A stretch of DNA of 64,000 nucleotides from Candidatus Latescibacterota bacterium (lineage in GTDB: Bacteria; Latescibacterota; UBA2968; UBA8231), in contig CBDETK010000013.1 in NCBI GenBank assembly GCA_965242865.1, forward strand, positions 96,001-160,000, read 5' to 3'. Position 1 is the first letter of the stretch, and each line of letters opens with the position of its first letter. Below are positions 37,971 to 48,366 of this stretch, in pieces. A program made the translations under genes and the position numbers. The notes beneath the pieces were generated by a model, which was not told the origin of the DNA, did not search any database, and saw nothing but the letters and a program-made list of their open reading frames with translations.

Positions 37971-39439
37971 TCATGCCCAAAACGGCACATAGCCCGATTG
38001 CGGATGCTCGGGATCGGCCGCCTTGATAAGTTGCCGGGCTCGCGCCCGCCGGATCACCTGCGACACTTGTGCAGCATTTCGCGGGTCTATGCCGAAACGT
38101 GCTCGCAGGCTGCTGTTTTTCATCAGTTCTCCATTCACGAACTTCAACACGGCGTGATGATAGCACGCCCGGATGCGCTCTTCGACCGTCATCGCAGCAA
38201 ACCGACGCGGCGCGAAAAGAACCGCACATGTCGCCTCTATCCCGCCTTCCTGTACGCGAAAATCCGGTGGCGGCAACTGATAAACCTCCACCGCCGCCAC
38301 GACCTTGTCGATACCCGTACCTTGCTCCTCACACAACTTCATGCGTCGCATGAAGGCGGCAAGTGCTTCGTTCCTCGAGCGCGGAGGAGAGTCGATAAAT
38401 CGATTGGGACTGATCAGAGGCTTGCCTGGATTGGTGATTCTAGCCGATTGCTGAAGAGTTCAATGGACGGTCCGGCCCCGGTAATGGTCATGTCTTGGTG
38501 AATGAGCGCATTGACAATCAACTCGCGGAGGGCTATCGGAGGGAACAGCGGCTGCTCAGTGCGAAAAACTCGGTTAATTTGCTCGTTGCGCGGCAACAGC
38601 CGGTCGATGTAATCAACAATCCTCGCAAAGCCAAGGGCATAACCGCATGTTTCGTCGTACCGGTGGGTTACCGTATCCGCACGCCCCTTTCCATTATAAG
38701 CTGTGAAGCGCACCGACTTACGCGCAATCCGCGAATCGAACTCATCGAGGTGCTTGGCAAACAGAATCGCGCCCAGATTGGTGATCTTCCAGCGGGCACC
38801 GACATCCGGGGCGATAATTTGGTCTTGATTCAATCGCTCCAGAATACCTCGCGGATTGACCGGCAGCGGTTGGTCCATAAGTTCGAAATAGCTCGCATAG
38901 TCAATGCGGGCCAGCACGGCATCGTCGGTGAGAAACTGTGCGGCAATGCCGCTTTCCCAAAGATAGGGCTGGAGTTTGGTCCAGAGTGCTTTCTGACGGT
39001 CGGGATAATCGGACAAGCGCGGCGTCGCGGAGCCAATTCGGCAATAGGCAGTGCGGTCGAACTCCACCGGACTTATAGTTGTAGTTGCGGCGGGAATCTC
39101 AAGCAAAACCAGCCGGCCTTGCGGATGCTCCACAATCTGAAACCTGAATGCGACATCCGGGTTGAGCCGTTGCGCCAGCCAAAATGATAGGGGCTGGCCG
39201 TGGTGTTTGGCTGCATCCGGTTCAAAGCGTGTACCGATTATGGCATGGTCGGAATCCCGCACCCCCCAAAGCAGATAGGCGAAATCTCGCTCTGCCAGCG
39301 CAGCGGCATTGGCGAGGGCCGAGATGTATTTGCCAATCACAGCGGGCGCGAAGTTGTTCGCCTTGAACTCGACACAGGCGGTCTCGGCAGAGGCCGCTAG
39401 CAAATCGTTGATCAGCGCGAGGATGCGAGTGTCGTTCAT
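37971..39439 (-). pseudogene. AlbA_2 (Schlafen-like) plus HATPase_c_4 ATP-binding protein with a 1-nt frameshift near 38437
   Basis: ETACVEFK..ISALAN; LRELIVNALIHQD; adding one A restores EITNPGKPL...PRSRNE..MRRMKLCEEQGTGIDK; span 1469 nt is 3n+2. Confidence 0.8.
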
Positions 39440-39541
39440 TTACTCATCTCCCTGCAATCCCGTCTAGCGGGTGGCGTGACCGTGCTTGGTGCAAACGTAG
39501 AATCAAAACCTAGCCAAGTTTTGAAAAATTGTCTTAATTAT

Positions 39542-39608
39542 TTGTTTTTACAAGAGATTTTCACATCCGTGACGTCTGCTTCTCGCCCAAAATCAAAACC
39601 CGATCAAA
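39542..39608. repeat. 67-bp imperfect direct repeat, copy 2
   Basis: Matches 37895-37961. Confidence 0.85.
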
Positions 39609-39632
39609 AAATCGCGATCAGCGCGAGACCTG

Positions 39633-39659
39633 CGGTCTCCCCGCACGTGTGGGGAACAC
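39633..39659 (-). repeat. Single degenerate type I-E CRISPR-like repeat (no array)
   Basis: GTGTTCCCCACACGTGCGGGGAGACCG versus E. coli-type GTGTTCCCCGCGCCAGCGGGGATAAACCG. Confidence 0.45.
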
Positions 39660-39689
39660 CAAAACGCCAGCAGGCGAGCAGCTTCCATC

Positions 39690-40457
39690 TCAGCGGCCCA
39701 TCCACCCGCCATCAACCACTACAATCGCCCCATGCACGTAGTCGGACGCTGGCGACGACAGCCACACCACCGCGCCCTTTAAGTCGTCCGGGGTGCCCCA
39801 CCGACCCGCTGGAATCCTCACCAGTAGCTGCTCGTTGCGCACGGGATCGTCGCGCAGGGCTTGGTTGTTGTCGGTGGCGATATAGCCCGGGGCAATGGCA
39901 TTGACGTTGACCCCGTGACCGGCCCATTCGTTAGCCAGCGCCATCGTCAACTGCCCGATCCCTCCCTTGGCCGCAGCATAGCCCGGCACGGTGATCCCGC
40001 CTTGGAAGGTCAGCACCGAAGCGGTAAAGATGATCTTGCCCCGGCCGCGAGACAGCATCTGCTTGCCGAATTCCCGCGCCAGCACGAATTGTGCGTTTAA
40101 GTTGACCTCGATGACGTGGTCCCAGTCGTCGTCGGAATGTTCGTCGGCCGGGGCGCGCCGAATCGTACCGGCGTTGTTGATGAGGATGTCGATCGGGCCG
40201 ACCTCGGCGTGGACCTGCTCGACAAAGGCGCGGACTGCCGCCCGGTCGCCAAAATCGCAGGTATAGCCCTTGAAGCACTTGCCGTGTGCTGCAATATCTT
40301 TGCCGACTTCGGAGTCTGCTTCGAGCGAAGCGCTGACGCCGACGATATCCGCGCCGGCCTCGGCCAATGCCTGCGCGAACCCGCGCCCGATGCCGCGGCG
40401 ACATCCGGTGACCAGTGCGGTTTGGCCATCGAGCTTAAAAAGATCCAAGATGCTCAT
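39690..40457 (-). CDS. kduD: 2-dehydro-3-deoxy-D-gluconate 5-dehydrogenase (SDR)
   Basis: GKIIFTASVLTFQGGITVPGYAAAKG, NAIAPGYIATDN, RIPAGRWG, VDGGWMGR. Confidence 0.85.
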   Translation of the reverse strand: MSILDLFKLDGQTALVTGCRRGIGRGFAQALAEAGADIVGVSASLEADSEVGKDIAAHGKCFKGYTCDFGDRAAVRAFVEQVHAEVGPIDILINNAGTIRRAPADEHSDDDWDHVIEVNLNAQFVLAREFGKQMLSRGRGKIIFTASVLTFQGGITVPGYAAAKGGIGQLTMALANEWAGHGVNVNAIAPGYIATDNNQALRDDPVRNEQLLVRIPAGRWGTPDDLKGAVVWLSSPASDYVHGAIVVVDGGWMGR

Positions 40458-40488
40458 GTTATTTCCCTTGCGTATCGATTAAAGCGGT

Positions 40489-40833
40489 TCAATCTACGCG
40501 GTGCGCCTTGTAGCACCCTTCATCAAAGATCACTTCGTCCAAAGTTGGAACATCTTCTTCTTTGAAGTACACTTTGCCCAGTGGAAGGGAGGCAAGGTGA
40601 CCGAGGTCTTCTTCAAGGACGAGGTCGGTAGAGATGAAAGCACCATTGATCCGCCCTGTACCAAGCCAAGCGGCCGCATCTCGTGGCCGCATCTCGATAA
40701 ACTCGAGCTCGTTGACTATCGCCCTTGATCCATGGCCATCGAAGAGTGATGTGGTGAAACCCGCCTGATTCAGAAGTTCTAAGGCGAAATCACGAAGACG
40801 CCCTCTTGAGGGGATGGCAACGCGAGCGATCAT
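40489..40833 (-). pseudogene. hisG: Truncated ATP phosphoribosyltransferase (N-terminal ~86 aa fused to an unrelated tail)
   Basis: VAIPSRGRL, MRPRD, TDLVLE...LPLG, then similarity ends; only 114 aa. Confidence 0.75.
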
Positions 40834-41141
40834 CTTCTGCGTTCTCCTAGCTCGTTTATGACATCCTCAAAGGAAACATCTGCCCCTACGAGCCCAACAA
40901 GCAAATGGAACAGGAGGTCCGCGGCTTCTGAGGTGACGCGCTGCCGATTTACTACTGGCCGCCCAAGTTCAATACAGGTCTCGAACGCCTCCTCCATCAA
41001 CTTGCGTTGAAGCAACTCTTTGTCTGAAAACAGCTCGGTGGAATAAGACTCCTCTGGCCTCGTCCTGCATCGTTCCCGTAGGATGCTTTCTAGTTCGCGG
41101 ATGGTCTCTGACATCTGGAAATCTCTGGTGGATTGAGCCAC
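40830..41141 (-). CDS. hisE: Phosphoribosyl-ATP pyrophosphohydrolase
   Basis: ESYSTELF, KLMEEAFE, EAADLLFHLLV, ELGERR. Confidence 0.85.
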   Translation of the reverse strand: MAQSTRDFQMSETIRELESILRERCRTRPEESYSTELFSDKELLQRKLMEEAFETCIELGRPVVNRQRVTSEAADLLFHLLVGLVGADVSFEDVINELGERRR

Positions 41142-41205
41142 GTATTATCTCCTCTCCTCTCGGTCCAGTCCATTTCTCATGTCTCCGACATTTTAGAATA
41201 GTCCA

Positions 41206-42264
41206 CTACCAATTATCCGCTAAGTACGTGCCGTACCGCCGCTGGCCTCCCAAGCCCTGTAGCTGCGTCGGCTCTGCAAGGGGCACCACGGGGTTTTCCA
41301 AAACCCCGATCCCGCCGGAAAAGGTCAACTGCATCACGTCTCCGTCCACAAGCCCCGCCGCCAAGTCCGCCTCGGCAAAGACGATGGGCGTCCCCCAATA
41401 AAACGCCAGCAGGGTGCGCGGCGCTAGGGGCAGCCGCCGGAAGAGGTGGTGCTCTAGATGCAGGAGTTGCCCGGGCATGTTTAGGTTGTTCTGGCCGGTT
41501 GCGCCCTTTTTGTACGCAATGGATCGTCCGCCGCGCAGGATGCGGCACGAGACCTCGACCTCGGCGTCGTCGTACTCGTCGGCCGTAACCAACAGCGGCC
41601 CCAAGGAAGCGCACCCACCGGCCCAGTTTTTGGCTTGGGGCAAGTTGAGGGGATTGGCGGCTTCAATGCCGTTGTCCGTGGCGTCGTTGCCGCCGGTGTA
41701 GCCCAGCCGCTCTAAGCGGCCTTGGCGCGTCAGGCCATAGACCGACACCAGCTCGGTCTCGGGCACTAAGCGCTGGGTATTCCCAGGCCGGGTGATGGGC
41801 TGGCCGTGCCCGACGACCGCGTCCGGCTCGCCCTTGGCAAACAGCTCGGGGCGGCCGCCGCCGGACACTTCGCGGTATTTCTGGTCGTACACGTTGACCG
41901 CCTCGCCGGTGGCCTGCTGGGCTTCGATTTCGCGCAGTTTGGCACTGACTTGGTGGGTCACGCCGGCCAGCCACACGCGCAGGGCGTGGGGGTCGCCGGG
42001 CGGGCCGCTGATCGGCTTAATCAGGTGCGGGGTGCGGGTGCTGCGGTTGGCCAACAGCGCGTCTAGCGGCAAGCGGCGCGTAGCCCGGTTTTGCAAGTTC
42101 TGAGCGGCAGCCGCCAACCCAAGCTCGTCGCCGCCGCCATCGTAGTAAAGCTGATGCACGGTGCGCAGCCCTTGGGCCGCGCCCGTCAGGTCTAGGACCT
42201 CGTCGCCGGCCACGAGGCCCAAGTGCATCCCGTCGCCCGGCTCGATAAACTGCACTAGTTTCAC
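41206..42264 (-). CDS. Fumarylacetoacetate-hydrolase-family protein (keto-deoxy-pentonate dehydratase-like)
   Basis: VWLAGVT, RPELFAK, VPETEL, GYTGGND...EAANPLNLPQAK. Confidence 0.75.
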   Translation of the reverse strand: MKLVQFIEPGDGMHLGLVAGDEVLDLTGAAQGLRTVHQLYYDGGGDELGLAAAAQNLQNRATRRLPLDALLANRSTRTPHLIKPISGPPGDPHALRVWLAGVTHQVSAKLREIEAQQATGEAVNVYDQKYREVSGGGRPELFAKGEPDAVVGHGQPITRPGNTQRLVPETELVSVYGLTRQGRLERLGYTGGNDATDNGIEAANPLNLPQAKNWAGGCASLGPLLVTADEYDDAEVEVSCRILRGGRSIAYKKGATGQNNLNMPGQLLHLEHHLFRRLPLAPRTLLAFYWGTPIVFAEADLAAGLVDGDVMQLTFSGGIGVLENPVVPLAEPTQLQGLGGQRRYGTYLADNW

Positions 42265-42287
42265 GCGGATTGCTCCCTAAGAATCGG

Positions 42288-43115
42288 TTAAGAGATGAAG
42301 AGCGGTGCGTCGGACTTGGGCGCGATGCCAGCCCGCTCGGCGCGCTCGATCAGGTCGAATATGGCGGCCTCGCCGTCCGCTCCGTAATCGAGCGTGTGTC
42401 GATTGACGTACAGGTCGATATGCGCCTGCACGACGCCTTCGTCCATTTCTTGGGCGTACTGGCGGATGTAGCCCTGCACCGCGTCTGGATGGGTGTAGGC
42501 GAACTCTACGCTCTGCACGAGCGCGCGGTCGAGCTGGCTGATGAACTCGGCCCCGAGGCTGCGCCGCGCGAGGATGCCGCCGAGGGGAATTGGATGCCCG
42601 GTGCTTTCCTCCCACCACTGGCCTAGGTCGAGGATCGCTTCGAGCCCGTGTTGGGCATAGGTGAAGCGGCTCTCGTGGATGATGACGCCCGCATCGACCA
42701 AGCCCTGCGCGGTCGCTCCCACGATTTGGTCAAAGGGCATGACCGCTAGCTGCTCAATGCGGGGGTCAAAGAGCCTCAGCAGCAGGGCCGCGGTGGTCAG
42801 CCGCCCGGGAATGGCGATCCGCTTGTTCTTGAGGTCGTCCCGCGCCAATGGCTCCCGCGCGACCAAGAGCGGCCCGCACCCCCGCCCCAAGGCACCGCCG
42901 GCATGCAGGAGGCAGTACTGCTCCCGCAAGTGCGCCAGCGCGTGGAAGGATACTTTGGTCGCGTCGAGCTGCCCCCGCAGTGCTTGGGCGTTGAGCGTCT
43001 CAATGTCGGCCAGCACCGGGGTGCATTTGGGTGCGCCGGTGATCTGCCCGTGGACCAAGGCGCAAAAGACGAATGTATCGTTGGGACAGGGCGAATAGCC
43101 CAAGGTCACGCGCAT
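42288..43115 (-). CDS. mqnD: 1,4-dihydroxy-6-naphthoate synthase
   Basis: GYSPCPNDTF, GGALGRGCGP, IIHESRFTY, PIPLG, HIDLYVN. Confidence 0.93.
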   Translation of the reverse strand: MRVTLGYSPCPNDTFVFCALVHGQITGAPKCTPVLADIETLNAQALRGQLDATKVSFHALAHLREQYCLLHAGGALGRGCGPLLVAREPLARDDLKNKRIAIPGRLTTAALLLRLFDPRIEQLAVMPFDQIVGATAQGLVDAGVIIHESRFTYAQHGLEAILDLGQWWEESTGHPIPLGGILARRSLGAEFISQLDRALVQSVEFAYTHPDAVQGYIRQYAQEMDEGVVQAHIDLYVNRHTLDYGADGEAAIFDLIERAERAGIAPKSDAPLFIS

Positions 43116-43834
43116 AGCCCCCCCTCCAAAAGCTGCTGAACGGCGGCCTGCGCCCTAGCGGTGGCCTGCGGCAAATCCCATTGCTCGGGCGCGCGCTGTT
43201 CGACGATGTTGCTCATGGCGCGCAGCTCGGCAAAAGGCACCTCGTACAGGGTGCATAAGTGCGCGGCCGCCGCGCCCTCCATGTTTTCGCACAAGGCCCC
43301 AAAACGCCGTCCCCGTTCCACCCCCAATTCGTCGGTGCCCGCGCATTCCTGCACGGTGACGAAGGGGCCGATATAGGCTTCCGGCAACGCGGCCGCGGCC
43401 CGCTGCACCCACTGCTCGTCGGTGGGGAAGCAATTGAAGTAAGAACCCCCTTTCTCCAGCACCGGAATGCCCATTAGTTCGCCGTCCTGCCAGCCGTCTG
43501 GCGTCCGCACCCCCAAATCCCCGTAGTATTCCTCGCTGGCCAAGGCCAGATCTCCGACGCTGGCCCCGCTCTCGGGATAAGCTCCCCCCACGCCGACTTG
43601 GACGACCCGGAGCGGTCGCTGCTCCTGCAAGTAGCAGGTGAGCGCGTGGGCCGCATTCACCGCGCCGATGCCGGTCGTTACCAAGGTCACCGGCTGGCCG
43701 CCAATTTTCCCGCTTACCCATTCGCGCTCGGCGACTTTGCGCTGTACGCGCTCGGCCATGGCCTCTCTTAGGGCGAACTGCTCAAAAGCCGTCGCACTCA
43801 GCACGAGGATTTCTTCTGTGGTCGTCATGGACAT
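43106..43834 (-). CDS. mqnB: Futalosine hydrolase
   Basis: TGIGAVNAA, GVGGAY, ENMEGAA, ELRAMSN; adjacent to mqnD. Confidence 0.85.
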   Translation of the reverse strand: MSMTTTEEILVLSATAFEQFALREAMAERVQRKVAEREWVSGKIGGQPVTLVTTGIGAVNAAHALTCYLQEQRPLRVVQVGVGGAYPESGASVGDLALASEEYYGDLGVRTPDGWQDGELMGIPVLEKGGSYFNCFPTDEQWVQRAAAALPEAYIGPFVTVQECAGTDELGVERGRRFGALCENMEGAAAAHLCTLYEVPFAELRAMSNIVEQRAPEQWDLPQATARAQAAVQQLLEGGLCA

Positions 43835-43954
43835 TTCTGTAATATACGGTTGACTTAACCGAGGGCCAGCCTTACAATCCGGCCCGTTGCCTGTGCGAGA
43901 CGCTGGGTTGAGCGTCGAGTTGATCCCCGAGCGGATGGAACGGAAAGGACCTCC

Positions 43955-44992
43955 ATGAGCCAACGCCTCTCATACACCAGCGCCGGCGTCAATATAGACC
44001 AGACCGATGCCGCCAAGCGCGCCATGGCCGCGAGCATGGAAACCGCCGACCCGCGCGTGCTCAACCGGATTGGCGCGTTTGCCACCCTGCTCGACGCTCG
44101 CTTCCCCGGCTACGCGCACCCGGTGCTGGTCCACAAGAGCGAAGAGCCCGGGTCCAAGCAAAAGTTGGCTTTTGCACACGGCCGCCATCGCGGGGTCTGC
44201 TACGACATGGTCAACCACCTCATCGACGATATCGTCGTCATGGGCGCCGAGCCGATTTCGATCCAAGACGTCATCGTGTGCGGCACGATGGAGGGCGCGA
44301 TCGTCAACGACCTCGTCGACGCCTTGGCCGACGCCTGCCGCCAACAGGGCTGCACCCTGACCGGCGGCGAGACCTCGGTGCAGCCCGGCGTGGTCCCCGA
44401 TGGCCTCTACGTGCTGACCGCCAGCGTCATCGGCGTCGTCGATAAGGACGCCATCATCGACGGCCGCGCCATTGAGGCTGGCGATCAGGTTTTGGCGCTC
44501 GCTTCCAACGGCCTGCATACCAACGGCTATACGCTGATCCGCGCCCTCTTAGACCGGCAACCCGAGCTGCTCGCGGCCGACGTGGCTGGCGAGCCCTTCC
44601 TCGAAGCGGTGCTCAAGCCCCATACCTGCTACTTGCAGGCTGTGCGCGGCCTTTTCACCAGCCCCGGCCTGCACGGCATGGCCCACATCACCGGCGGCGG
44701 CCTCCGCGACAACCTCGGCCGCATCTTGCCGCCAGGCCTCAACGCCCAGCTCGACTTAGCGGCCCTGCAGATCCCACCGATCTTCCGCACCTTGCGCGCC
44801 GCAGGCGACCTAGACGAGGAGGACATGCTGCGCACGTTTAATATGGGCGTGGGTATGGTGCTGGTGGTCGCGCCCGAGGCCGTGGACCAGGTGCTGGCCC
44901 ACGTAGCGGCCCAAGCCTGCCGGGCCTATCCGCTCGGGGAAATCGTCGTTGGCGAGCGCGGAGTTGCGTTGCAGGGGACGCTCGCTTGGTAG
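43955..44992 (+). CDS. purM: Phosphoribosylformylglycinamidine cyclo-ligase (AIR synthase)
   Basis: YTSAGVNID, GGET, SNGLHTNGY, AHITGGG, RTFNMGVG. Confidence 0.93.
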   Translation: MSQRLSYTSAGVNIDQTDAAKRAMAASMETADPRVLNRIGAFATLLDARFPGYAHPVLVHKSEEPGSKQKLAFAHGRHRGVCYDMVNHLIDDIVVMGAEPISIQDVIVCGTMEGAIVNDLVDALADACRQQGCTLTGGETSVQPGVVPDGLYVLTASVIGVVDKDAIIDGRAIEAGDQVLALASNGLHTNGYTLIRALLDRQPELLAADVAGEPFLEAVLKPHTCYLQAVRGLFTSPGLHGMAHITGGGLRDNLGRILPPGLNAQLDLAALQIPPIFRTLRAAGDLDEEDMLRTFNMGVGMVLVVAPEAVDQVLAHVAAQACRAYPLGEIVVGERGVALQGTLAW

Positions 44993-45189
44993 GGTTGCCG
45001 CCTGCGATCGGCCTGTGTGCCGGCTGCCGGCATGTGCGCGTCGTAGAGTCCGGGCGCGGCTCGGTGTTTTACTTGTGTCGCCGCGCTGCCACTGACCCGC
45101 GCTTGGAAAAGTACCCCCGCTTACCGGTGCGCGGCTGCCCCTGCTATGAGCAGGCAGCTGCCACACCCATCAACCCCAAAGGATCCTAA
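44986..45189 (+). CDS. Small Cys-rich hypothetical protein
   Basis: LCAGCRH...GSVFYLC...DPRLEKYPRLPVRGC; overlaps the purM stop. Confidence 0.6.
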   Translation: MVGLPPAIGLCAGCRHVRVVESGRGSVFYLCRRAATDPRLEKYPRLPVRGCPCYEQAAATPINPKGS

Positions 45190-45208
45190 GCGCGGCTTCC
45201 TCTCTGCC

Positions 45209-45859
45209 TCAGCGGCTGGCCCAGAGCATGCCGCGCCGCTGGATTTCGCGCGCTTGGGGCACGTCAAAGTCCCGCGCCACGTGGCCCAGCGACGAGTAGA
45301 ACACGCGGCCCGCTCCCCACACGCGCTTCCACACCACCGGCATGATCGTCCCGTTGACCCAAGGCGCGCTTTGACGACCCTTTAGCGTGGTCGTGGCCAG
45401 CACTTGATTGCCCGGATCGGTGTGCATGTAGTACTGCTCGGAGTGCATCTGAAAGTCGTCTAGGCCGGCGACGATGGGGTCGTTTGGGGCCGCGATGTTC
45501 ACTGTGTAGTCGATGATGCCGTCTGGGTGGGCGACGAACTGGCCGCCGACCATGAACTGGTAGGTGGTATTGTTGCGGAACGAATCGGCCATGCAGCCGT
45601 GCCAGCCGGCCACGCCGGCGCCCTGCTCAACAGCCGCTAGCAACCCGCGTTCCTGCTCTCCTTCGATCTGGCCCATCGTCCACGCCGGCACCACGAGATC
45701 TTGCTCGGCCATTAGGTCGCGGTCTTTGTACGCGTCGAGGGTGTCCGAAATGGTCACTGCAAACCCTTCTTCCGCTAGGATGGGCGCGAAAATATCGACG
45801 CACTGCTTGGGCTCGTGCCCCTCCCAGCCGCCCCAAACCATGATTGCTTTCTTGGCCAT
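45209..45859 (-). CDS. ThuA-domain protein
   Basis: [38 protein letters not shown]. Confidence 0.9.
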   Translation of the reverse strand: MAKKAIMVWGGWEGHEPKQCVDIFAPILAEEGFAVTISDTLDAYKDRDLMAEQDLVVPAWTMGQIEGEQERGLLAAVEQGAGVAGWHGCMADSFRNNTTYQFMVGGQFVAHPDGIIDYTVNIAAPNDPIVAGLDDFQMHSEQYYMHTDPGNQVLATTTLKGRQSAPWVNGTIMPVVWKRVWGAGRVFYSSLGHVARDFDVPQAREIQRRGMLWASR

Positions 45860-45873
45860 GATGCTCCTTTGCG

Positions 45874-46629
45874 TTAGCTGGCGCCGCGCGCCAGTTCGTT
45901 GTCAACGAGGTACTGATAGCTCTTTTCCACGGCTTCCATCATGTCGGTCGCACAGCGGTCCAACTCGACGATCAGCCAGTCGCAGGTGCCGTGGCTGGCC
46001 TCGATAATGGGCGGGAAATCCATGGCCCCTTCGCCGACGGCGAGCATGTCCTGCTCCGGGCCGCCCGGGCCGTCCTTGATGTGCAAAAGCGGCGCGCGCT
46101 CGCCCAGCTCCTCGACGACCTGCACGGAGTCGCCGCCGCCGGTATTCACCCAGTAGGTATCGACCTGAAAGAAGATGGACTCGTCGAGCGCTTCGACCAG
46201 TCGCTCAAAGCCCGGACGCCCTTCTACGGGTTGGAACTCCCACCAGTGGTTGTGAAGGCCCAGCTCCAACCCGTTCTCAGCGGCGATCTCGGCGGCTTGA
46301 TTCCAGCGGTCGCACAGGGCCGTGAGCGCGTCCGCGCTTTCAAAGGCAGCGCGCGGCGTGGAGCTCACCACGCGGTTGGCCTCCAGCTCGTGGGCCAGTT
46401 CGATGACTTGGTTTTTTTGCTTGCCCAAGGGCAACTGCGTATGCACGCTGCACACGTCTAACCCTAGATCGGCAAATAGGTCGCTGGCTTCATCTACGGC
46501 GATGCCGGGAAACCCGGCCGTCTCGACGCCCACGTACCCGATCTCGGCGATCCGGGTAACCACGGACTTGAAGTTGTGCGCGAGGGCGTCGCGGACCGTG
46601 TAGAGCTGAAGCGCTATGGGGGCAGCCAT
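45874..46629 (-). CDS. Sugar phosphate isomerase/epimerase (xylose-isomerase-like TIM barrel)
   Basis: [29 protein letters not shown]. Confidence 0.88.
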   Translation of the reverse strand: MAAPIALQLYTVRDALAHNFKSVVTRIAEIGYVGVETAGFPGIAVDEASDLFADLGLDVCSVHTQLPLGKQKNQVIELAHELEANRVVSSTPRAAFESADALTALCDRWNQAAEIAAENGLELGLHNHWWEFQPVEGRPGFERLVEALDESIFFQVDTYWVNTGGGDSVQVVEELGERAPLLHIKDGPGGPEQDMLAVGEGAMDFPPIIEASHGTCDWLIVELDRCATDMMEAVEKSYQYLVDNELARGAS

Positions 46630-46871
46630 TTCTTCCTTCCTTGATGAGAGATGGTAGGGATATGAAAGTCAAAGCGAGAGCGGCTTGCAAATTGTTGGGC
46701 GTCGTAAGGGACTGATGCGTAACGGTAGTAATTAAATGAAAAAAAATGGGCCGAGGGGCAAATAATTTTTGATACACCAAGCCCGCGGTATGCAGCATCC
46801 GTTCATTCAATCCCTTGCTCGGCCGATCCCGCGCTCCTACATTAGCCGCTCCAACCAAGGAGCAATTGCCA

Positions 46872-47945
46872 ATGAGCAGCCAAGACAAAGCGCGCCTCGG
46901 GTTTATCGGCGCCGGCTGGTGGGCCACCAGCAACCACATGCCCGTTTTTGCCGCCCGCGACGACGTCGAACTAACGGCCGTGTGCCGCTTGGGCCAAGCC
47001 GAACTCGCGCAGGTGCGGGACCACTTCGGCTTCGCGTTTGCCACCGAGGACTATCGAGAGTTATTGACCCACTGCGAACTCGACGGAGTCGTCGTGGCCT
47101 CGCCGCACACCCTACACTACGAACACGCCCGCGCGGCCTTAGAGGCCGGCCTGCACGTGATGTGCGAAAAACCCCTGACCACCCGCGCGGCCCACGCGCG
47201 CGAATTGGTGCGCGTCGCGGCCGAGCGAGACCGCCACTTGCTCGTGCCCTACGGCTGGCACCACAAGCCCTTTATCCAGCGGGCCAAGGAGCTGATGGAC
47301 GACCGAGCTATCGGCGAAATTGAATTCGCGCTCTGCCACATGGCCTCGCCGATCCGCGCCTTGCTTGCGGGAGAGGAGGTCGATGTCTCGGACATTTCCG
47401 GGCAGGACGCGGCCAGCCTCTTTGGTCCCACGCCCTCTACGTGGGCCGATCCGGCCGTGGCCGATGGCGGCTACGCCCACGCGCAAATATCGCACTCCTC
47501 GGGGTTGCTGTTTTGGCTGTCCGGGCTGCGCGCCGAGCGCGTCTTTGCCGCCATGAGCGCGCCCGGGGCCAAGGTCGAGCTGTACGACGCGCTCGCGGTG
47601 CGCTTTACCTCGGGGGCCATCGGCACAGTCAGCGGTGCCGGCACCGTGCCCACGGACCAGACCTTTCAGGTTGATTTGCGCCTCTTCGGCTCGGAGGGCA
47701 TGCTGCTCGTCGATTGCGAGCGCGCCCGCATGCACTTGCGCCGCCACGACGGCCGCCACGTCGTCGAGGAGGTCGCCGCGGACGCGGGGGCCTACGAATG
47801 CGATGGCCCGCCCAACAATTTCGCCGACTTGATCTTGGGCAAAACCGACGTCAACTGGACCCCCGGCGCCGCGGCCATGCGCGGGGTGGAAATGCTCGAC
47901 GCCGCGTACCGTTCGGCCGCTTCGGGCCGGGAAGAGGCGGTGTAA
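46872..47945 (+). CDS. Gfo/Idh/MocA-family oxidoreductase
   Basis: IGAGWW, SPHTLHYEH, HVMCEKP; RBS AAGGAG. Confidence 0.9.
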   Translation: MSSQDKARLGFIGAGWWATSNHMPVFAARDDVELTAVCRLGQAELAQVRDHFGFAFATEDYRELLTHCELDGVVVASPHTLHYEHARAALEAGLHVMCEKPLTTRAAHARELVRVAAERDRHLLVPYGWHHKPFIQRAKELMDDRAIGEIEFALCHMASPIRALLAGEEVDVSDISGQDAASLFGPTPSTWADPAVADGGYAHAQISHSSGLLFWLSGLRAERVFAAMSAPGAKVELYDALAVRFTSGAIGTVSGAGTVPTDQTFQVDLRLFGSEGMLLVDCERARMHLRRHDGRHVVEEVAADAGAYECDGPPNNFADLILGKTDVNWTPGAAAMRGVEMLDAAYRSAASGREEAV

Positions 47946-48124
47946 CATCGGCCCTTTAATTGGCCGCAGAAAATTCGTTGACATTGTTTCGTCCCCCCGG
48001 TTGCTTCTGATATAGGAAGCGATTGGGGGTTTTTTGTGGTTTTTTTGAGTCGCCCTTGACATTGTATTACCCCTCCTCGTTGCATTTATAAACACAGAAG
48101 ATCGGCCCCAATTTTGGAGTTAAA

Positions 48125-48289
48125 ATGTTCGTCGTGAATCGCTTGGCTAGGCAAATGCACAGAGCTACGGGAAAAAGCCTCTCCAGCCGGAAGGCTCGTC
48201 TAGCGGCCGACATAGCAGTCGGCGATACCCAGCTCCTACAGACACAGACTTTATTCGCGCCGAGAGGAAGGGATGCCCAACCAGACTGA
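48125..48289 (+). CDS. Putative 54-aa small protein
   Basis: GGAG RBS before ATG; lies between a promoter-like motif and a strong terminator; no recognisable family. Confidence 0.35.
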   Translation: MFVVNRLARQMHRATGKSLSSRKARLAADIAVGDTQLLQTQTLFAPRGRDAQPD

Positions 48290-48321
48290 GGCTCCCTCGT
48301 TCCGAAGGATTAGAATGGCCC

Positions 48322-48366
48322 AGAGGCCGTGGCGCGAAAAGACAACGCGCTACGGCCTCTTTTTTT
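48322..48366 (+). terminator. Strong intrinsic terminator
   Basis: AGAGGCCGTGGCGCG-N9-CGCGCTACGGCCTCT followed by a T tract. Confidence 0.85.

Noticed and set aside
39542-39608. AT-rich repeat as a CRISPR leader
   Set aside because: It lies at the leader-distal end of the I-E-like repeat, and its second copy has no adjacent repeat
48140-48300. Possible c-di-GMP-I riboswitch or SRP RNA (GGCAAA, CCGGAAGG words)
   Set aside because: Only short words match; the required paired elements were not found by eye
48287-48313. UGA of the 54-aa ORF as selenocysteine
   Set aside because: No redox motif, and readthrough adds only 7 residues
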